From Candidatus Firestoneibacteriota bacterium (GTDB lineage: Bacteria; Oederibacteriota; D2-FULL-39-29; JBDRBU01), in contig JBDRBU010000034.1 in assembly GCA_043822305.1 (NCBI GenBank), positions 1-52,911 on the forward strand: 52,911 bases of DNA, in the 5' to 3' direction. The notes beneath the pieces are model-generated. The model did no database searches, was not told where the DNA came from, and worked only from the letters and a program-made list of their open reading frames with translations. Position 1 is the first letter of the stretch. Every line of letters begins with the position of its first letter. Below are positions 47,518 to 52,911 of the stretch, in pieces. A program made the position numbers and the translations under genes.

Positions 47518-48145
47518 GATAAAATTAGCTGTTTTAGTCTCCGGCCGGGGTAGCAATTTACAATCTATTATTGATGCGTGTGAAAGTAATCAAATAAAGG
47601 CAGAAGTTAAAGTAGTCATAAGCGACAAAAAAGATGTACATTCGTTAGAACGAGCAAAAAAGTATAATATTAAGAATTTTTTTATTGACCCGAAGGTTTT
47701 TTCAAATAAAGAAGAACATGAAAAAGCAATTTTAAAAATTATTGATGAAGAGAATACGGACTTAATCTGTCTGGCTGGTTATATGAGACTTTTAACTAAC
47801 TATTTTGTGAGAAAATATAAAGGCAGAATTATAAATATTCATCCATCCTTGCTTCCATCATTTCCTGGTGCTTGTGGGCCGTCAGATGCTCTCCAATATG
47901 GAGTTAAAATTTCTGGTTGCACAGTTCATTTTGTTGATGAAGGTGAAGATACTGGCCCAATAATTTTACAATCAGTAGTTTCTGTAAAGGATGACGATAC
48001 TATTGAGAGTTTATCAGCCAGAATACTAACTGAGGAACATAAGATTTTTCCAGAGGCAATTAATTTATTTGCAAATAAAAGACTTGAAATAGAAGGAAGA
48101 AGAGTAAAAATAGTAAATAAAGAAAAGAAAGGAGAAAAATGGTAA
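47510..48145 (+). CDS. purN: Phosphoribosylglycinamide formyltransferase
   Basis: SGRGSNL, LAGYMR, NIHPSLLP and DTGPII motifs. Confidence 0.96.
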   Translation: MNKIKLAVLVSGRGSNLQSIIDACESNQIKAEVKVVISDKKDVHSLERAKKYNIKNFFIDPKVFSNKEEHEKAILKIIDEENTDLICLAGYMRLLTNYFVRKYKGRIINIHPSLLPSFPGACGPSDALQYGVKISGCTVHFVDEGEDTGPIILQSVVSVKDDDTIESLSARILTEEHKIFPEAINLFANKRLEIEGRRVKIVNKEKKGEKW

Positions 48146-49695
48146 GAATAAAAAGGGCACTTATCAGTGTTTCTGATAAAACAGGTATTGTTGAATTAGC
48201 AAGAGTTTTAAAGAAATATAATGTAGAAATTATCTCTACAGGTGGAACAGCGAAAGTTTTAAAAGAAGCAGGGGTTCCGGTTATTGATATATCCGAGGTT
48301 ACGGGTTTTCCTGAAATGCTTGATGGTAGAGTGAAGACATTACATCCAAAGATTCATGGTGGATTGCTTGCTTTAAGAGATAAGAAAGAACATATGGAAC
48401 AAATTAAAAAGTATAATATAGATACTATAGATATGGTCGTAGTTAATTTATATCCATTTACTAAGACAGTTTCAAAGCCAAATGTCCAATTAGAAGACGC
48501 TATAGAGAATATAGATATAGGCGGACCTTCAATGATTCGTTCCGCAGCCAAGAATTCTAATAGTGTGGTTGTAGTTGTCGATCCTAAGTTTTATCCGCTG
48601 ATTGTGGAGGAGATTGAGAAAAATAATGGTGCCGTATCAGATGAGGTTAAAAGAAGGATGATGGTTGAAGTATTTAAACATACATATGAATATGATAGGA
48701 ATATTTATAATTTTTTTAGCCAGAAGTTTTTAAATCCAGACATACCCGAGGTATTTAATCTTTCATGCAAAAAATTACAAGGATTAAGATATGGAGAAAA
48801 TCCACATCAGAAAGCTGGATTTTATATTGATGAAAATCTGAAAGAACCTTCAATATCAAGTGCGAAACAGATTCATGGGAAGGAACTCTCATACAATAAC
48901 ATTATGGATGCTAATTCTGCTATTGAGCTAATCAAGGAATTTGAAGAACCAGCATGTACTATTATAAAACATACAAATCCATGTGGAACTGCAATAGGAA
49001 AAGATATTGATGAAAGTTTTTTTAAAGCATATGAAACAGACCCTGTTTCTGCATTTGGTGGAGTAATAGCGTTAAATAGAGAGGTAACTATAAAAATTGC
49101 AGAGTATATAAGTACGAGGTTTATTGAATTGGTTATATCTCCGAAATTTGATGAGCAAGCACTTGAGATATTGAAAAAGAAGAAAGACATAAGACTTTTG
49201 GAAATATCTGGTTTAGATAGTGTTAAGGTTAGGAATGTGGAATATGATTTAAGAAAAGTTGTTGGAGGACTTCTTATTCAAGAGAGAGATTTAAAAGGCA
49301 TGACCGGAGCAGATTTAAAAGTTGTAACCAAAAAATCACCTTCAAAAAAAGAAATTAAAGATTTACTTTTTGGTTGGAAAGTTGTAAAGCATGTTAAGTC
49401 AAATGCTATTGTTATTGTAAAAGATGGTGTAACCTTAGGAGTTGGAGCTGGTCAGATGAATAGAGTTGGCTCAGTTAAGATTGCCGTTGAGCAGGCGGGA
49501 GAAAAAGCAAAAGGTGCTAGTTTGGTTTCAGATGCAATGTTCCCAAAATCAGATGCTATTGAAGTTGCATCAAAGGGTGGAATAACAAGTATTATTCAAA
49601 CTGGTGGTTCTATTAAAGATAAAGAAGTTATAGAAGCAGCTGATAAATTTGGCCTGGTGATGGTATTTACCGGCATAAGACATTTTAAACATTAA
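48139..49695 (+). CDS. purH: AICAR transformylase/IMP cyclohydrolase
   Basis: ALISVSDK, GRVKTLHP, RYGENPHQ, KHTNPCG and RHFKH motifs. Confidence 0.96.
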   Translation: MVRIKRALISVSDKTGIVELARVLKKYNVEIISTGGTAKVLKEAGVPVIDISEVTGFPEMLDGRVKTLHPKIHGGLLALRDKKEHMEQIKKYNIDTIDMVVVNLYPFTKTVSKPNVQLEDAIENIDIGGPSMIRSAAKNSNSVVVVVDPKFYPLIVEEIEKNNGAVSDEVKRRMMVEVFKHTYEYDRNIYNFFSQKFLNPDIPEVFNLSCKKLQGLRYGENPHQKAGFYIDENLKEPSISSAKQIHGKELSYNNIMDANSAIELIKEFEEPACTIIKHTNPCGTAIGKDIDESFFKAYETDPVSAFGGVIALNREVTIKIAEYISTRFIELVISPKFDEQALEILKKKKDIRLLEISGLDSVKVRNVEYDLRKVVGGLLIQERDLKGMTGADLKVVTKKSPSKKEIKDLLFGWKVVKHVKSNAIVIVKDGVTLGVGAGQMNRVGSVKIAVEQAGEKAKGASLVSDAMFPKSDAIEVASKGGITSIIQTGGSIKDKEVIEAADKFGLVMVFTGIRHFKH

Positions 49696-49702
49696 ATTAA
49701 GA

Positions 49703-50737
49703 GTGAAAGATATAAAAAATTTAATAAAAGAAGAACTTGAAAGAGAAATTATAAATATTGGATGTAAAAAATTTAATGCAGTTCAGATATTAAACTGGAT
49801 ATATAAAAAGCGTGTTAGTTCTTTTGAAATAATGTCAAATTTGTCAAAGGATTTAAGGACTAAATTAAATGATTTTTTTTACATTGGTAGATTAAAAATA
49901 CTTCAAAAACAAGTCTCAAAAAACCAAGATACAGTAAAGTTCTTGTTTGTCTGTGAAGATAAAGAAAAAATAGAATCAGTATTGATTAAACAGGGTAATA
50001 GGTATACAATATGTATTTCAACTCAAGTAGGTTGTCCTTTTAAATGTAAAATATGTGCTACCGGTAAAATTGGGTTTATAAGAAATTTAACAACAAGCGA
50101 GATTTTAAGTCAGATTCTTGAGACAGAAAAAGAAGAGAGTATTATTACAGATAATATAGTATTTATGGGAATGGGTGAGCCATTGGCCAATTATGAAAAT
50201 TTTAAAAAAGCTGTTAGATTTATTACAGATAAAGAAGCAATAGGTATGAGTTATAGCCGACTTACCGTTTCAACTTGTGGATTAGTTCCGAGTATAGAAA
50301 GGTTAATCAATGATAATTTAAAGATAAATTTGTCGATTTCTTTGCATTCAGTAGTAGACCGTGTTCGTAACTTATTGACCCCAATAAATAGAAAATATAA
50401 CATAAAAGAACTTTTTAAAGTTTGCAAAAAGTATAATAAGCATTTTAAGTTGCCTGTTACTTTTGAGTATGTTTTAATAAAAGATGTGAATGATTCAGAA
50501 AAAGATTGCAAGGAGTTGATAGAATTAATTAGAGAATTTAAAATTTCTTGCAAAGTTAACTTAATACCATTAAACATTGTTAGAATTATAGAATTTAAAC
50601 CGAGCTCAAAAGAAGTTGTAAGAAGTTGGCAGGAAAGATTAGAAACATCAAATATTGTGACTACAATTAGGATTGAAAAAGGTGCGGATATACATTCTGC
50701 ATGTGGACAATTAGCCGGAGATAGAAATTTTGGATAA
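49703..50737 (+). CDS. rlmN: Dual-specificity RNA methyltransferase RlmN
   Basis: CISTQVGCPFKCKIC, MGMGEP and ACGQL motifs. Confidence 0.93.
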   Translation: MKDIKNLIKEELEREIINIGCKKFNAVQILNWIYKKRVSSFEIMSNLSKDLRTKLNDFFYIGRLKILQKQVSKNQDTVKFLFVCEDKEKIESVLIKQGNRYTICISTQVGCPFKCKICATGKIGFIRNLTTSEILSQILETEKEESIITDNIVFMGMGEPLANYENFKKAVRFITDKEAIGMSYSRLTVSTCGLVPSIERLINDNLKINLSISLHSVVDRVRNLLTPINRKYNIKELFKVCKKYNKHFKLPVTFEYVLIKDVNDSEKDCKELIELIREFKISCKVNLIPLNIVRIIEFKPSSKEVVRSWQERLETSNIVTTIRIEKGADIHSACGQLAGDRNFG

Positions 50738-51665
50738 AGATAAGATTAAAAGAATAACAATTTTTATCGGGGTGATCATTGTCAGTGGTTATATGACCAT
50801 GGTCTATTTACTTAAAGGAAAACAGGTTATTGTGCCTGATGTAAAAGGACGTCAAATTGATGAAGCCCGAAAATTTTGTTTAACAAAAGAACTTTATATA
50901 AAAAAAAGTGGTGAGAAATTTGATGAAAATATTCCAGAAGGTTATATTTCCTCTCAAGATCCGCTTGCTGGTGAGTATGTGAAACAAGGAAGGACAATCT
51001 TTATAACAATAAGTAGAGGTTTAAAAATGGTAACTGTTCCAGACTTAAAGGAAGAAAGCGTCAGAGAGGCAAAAATAAGACTTTTTCAAAATAATTTAAC
51101 AGTTGGTTCATACTCAAAAGTTCATTCTAAAGATGTGTCTTCTGGGCTTATAATTACTCAGAATCCACCTCCAAATTTATCTGTAAAAAGAAATACCACT
51201 GTTAATTTATTAATAAGTACTGGAGAAAAAGAAAAAAGTTATATAATGCCAAATCTTGTCCAAAAAAAGTTTAGTCTTATTAAAAGAGCACTAATTAAAG
51301 CAAGTTTACCAATAAAAACTGTTAATTATGTTTATCAAGAAGGTCTAGATAAGGATATTATCGTAGAACAATTTCCACTTGCTGGTGCAAGAATTAAAAA
51401 AGGAGATAGTGTTACTTTAACTGTTAATTTGAAAGAAAGTGATAAGGTTTATAAACTTATTAACCTAGTCTATAATGTACCCAAAGGCGGACTAATTGAA
51501 AAAAAAATAAGAGTTGTGGTTTTGGATAACGATGGTACTCGTGAGGTATGTAATGAAATGAGAAAAAGTGGTAGTACGATAGAGAAATCGATTAAAGTTA
51601 GTGGAGAAACCATACTTCAAATATTTGTTAATAATGAATTAGTCGAGGAACGGAAATATGATTAA
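50730..51665 (+). CDS. PASTA-domain membrane protein
   Basis: TM followed by three VPD/MPN...Q.P..G repeats. Confidence 0.85.
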   Translation: MDKDKIKRITIFIGVIIVSGYMTMVYLLKGKQVIVPDVKGRQIDEARKFCLTKELYIKKSGEKFDENIPEGYISSQDPLAGEYVKQGRTIFITISRGLKMVTVPDLKEESVREAKIRLFQNNLTVGSYSKVHSKDVSSGLIITQNPPPNLSVKRNTTVNLLISTGEKEKSYIMPNLVQKKFSLIKRALIKASLPIKTVNYVYQEGLDKDIIVEQFPLAGARIKKGDSVTLTVNLKESDKVYKLINLVYNVPKGGLIEKKIRVVVLDNDGTREVCNEMRKSGSTIEKSIKVSGETILQIFVNNELVEERKYD

Positions 51666-52311
51666 AATAGCACCTTCAATTTTATCTGCGGATTATTTAA
51701 ATTTTGAAAGAGATATTAAGAGGATTGAGGAAGGAGGAGCGGATTTAATTCATATAGATGTCATGGATGGTAATTTTGTTCCAAATATTACTTTTGGATA
51801 TGGTCTTGTTAAATTAATTAGAAAGATTACAAAACTTCCTTTGGATGTTCATTTAATGATTGTTAAACCAGAGAGATATATTGATGATTTTAAGAACGCC
51901 GGTGCAAATATTATTACTATTCATATAGAAACAGTTTCACAACCAAACAAGATAATTAGATATATAAAGAAACAGGGGGTAAAAGCAGGTATTTCTTTAA
52001 ATCCAAATACTCCTTTAAAAAATATAAGTAATATTCTTAACAATGTAGATATGGTTTTAATTATGTCTGTCTATCCTGGTTTTGGGGGTCAGAAATTTAT
52101 TGAATCTTCATATGAAAAAATAAGAAAGCTAAAAAAAGAAATCATAGAAAGGAGGTTGAACATTGATCTAGAAGTTGATGGAGGAATATCCAAGGAAAAT
52201 GCTGTTAAAGTTATAAAGGCCGGAGCAAATATTTTAGTGGCAGGATTTGCTATTTTTGGTCAAAAAAATATAAAACAAGCAATTGATGATTTGCGATATC
52301 CTAATTCGTAA
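51658..52311 (+). CDS. rpe: Ribulose-phosphate 3-epimerase
   Basis: APSILSAD, HIDVMDG, DVHLM, PGFGGQ and VDGG motifs. Confidence 0.96.
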   Translation: MIKIAPSILSADYLNFERDIKRIEEGGADLIHIDVMDGNFVPNITFGYGLVKLIRKITKLPLDVHLMIVKPERYIDDFKNAGANIITIHIETVSQPNKIIRYIKKQGVKAGISLNPNTPLKNISNILNNVDMVLIMSVYPGFGGQKFIESSYEKIRKLKKEIIERRLNIDLEVDGGISKENAVKVIKAGANILVAGFAIFGQKNIKQAIDDLRYPNS

Positions 52312-52331
52312 ATTATAAAAGGAGAGTGTGT

Positions 52332-52700
52332 ATGTTAAACAGTATTGTTAGTTTGCTTTATGCCATGGGTGATATCCCGCAAGGATCTCCACAGCAAGGT
52401 GCCCAGTCGTTTATTCCAACTTTGATAATGTTTGCATTAATATTTGTGATTTTTTATTTTTTGTTGATAAGACCACAGATGAAACAACAAAAGAAACATC
52501 AGGAGATGCTCACCAGTTTAAAAAAAGGTGATAAAGTTTTAACATCAGGAGGATTATATGGAGTGGTAGTTGGAATATCTGATAGGGATAATATTATTGT
52601 AATAAGAATAGATGAAAATACTAAAGTAGAAGTTGGAAAAGGATATATTATTGGTGTGAAAAGAGAAGGTCAGGAAGTAGTTATAGACCAAAGTAAGTAG
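52332..52700 (+). CDS. yajC: Preprotein translocase subunit YajC
   Basis: FYFLLIRPQ and LKKGDKVLTSGGLYG motifs. Confidence 0.93.
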   Translation: MLNSIVSLLYAMGDIPQGSPQQGAQSFIPTLIMFALIFVIFYFLLIRPQMKQQKKHQEMLTSLKKGDKVLTSGGLYGVVVGISDRDNIIVIRIDENTKVEVGKGYIIGVKREGQEVVIDQSK

Positions 52701-52760
52701 TCTGCCCGCCTAATGCGGGCAACTATTCCTAATATTATTTATTTACATTATGGAAAGTCA
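52698..52760. repeat. Solo A+B module pair
   Basis: A is identical to 20944-75; B differs by 1 nt from 20639-69; begins at the yajC TAG. Confidence 0.85.
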
Positions 52761-52911
52761 TAATCCGTATAGAAACTTCCTCAAGTTTAATGCAGAGAAA
52801 TGATGTAAGTCTAAATATATGAGAGAGTTTTTTGAATTTGACTCGTTTAAGGCTATTTTGGGGATAAGTAATGAATAATTTGATAGAGTTTGAGATGATC
52901 AAGTCTGCCTT

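Noticed and set aside
52761..52911. Possible element end or gene start at the window edge
   Set aside because: Truncated, with no partner repeat or recognisable protein motif.

Overview
A low-GC, anaerobe-like diderm bacterial chromosome segment (inferred from the secretin, an outer-membrane beta-barrel and FeoB), with almost all genes on the + strand. It holds housekeeping genes (rnhC, a CBS/DHH tRNA nucleotidyltransferase, tRNA-Lys, leuD-like, obgE, thyA, purC/N/H, dusB, larB, accA, rlmN, rpe, yajC), a T2SS/type IV pilus cluster, feoB with a DtxR-FeoA regulator and a type II R-M pair. It also has three GT-C/TPR membrane proteins resembling eukaryotic TMTC, TMEM260 and DPY19 mannosyltransferases. 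The most unusual signal is small mobile DNA. A modular array of 30-32 nt units upstream of feoB has covarying hairpins with an invariant bulged C alternating with an exactly 31-nt module, with dispersed copies elsewhere. A TIR-bounded MITE family carries different remnants of a DUF559-like endonuclease gene. Several REP-like families occur, and tiny palindromes appear inserted in-frame in genes, including at a prepilin cleavage site. All calls come from reading the sequence and recalling motifs; no database searches were run.
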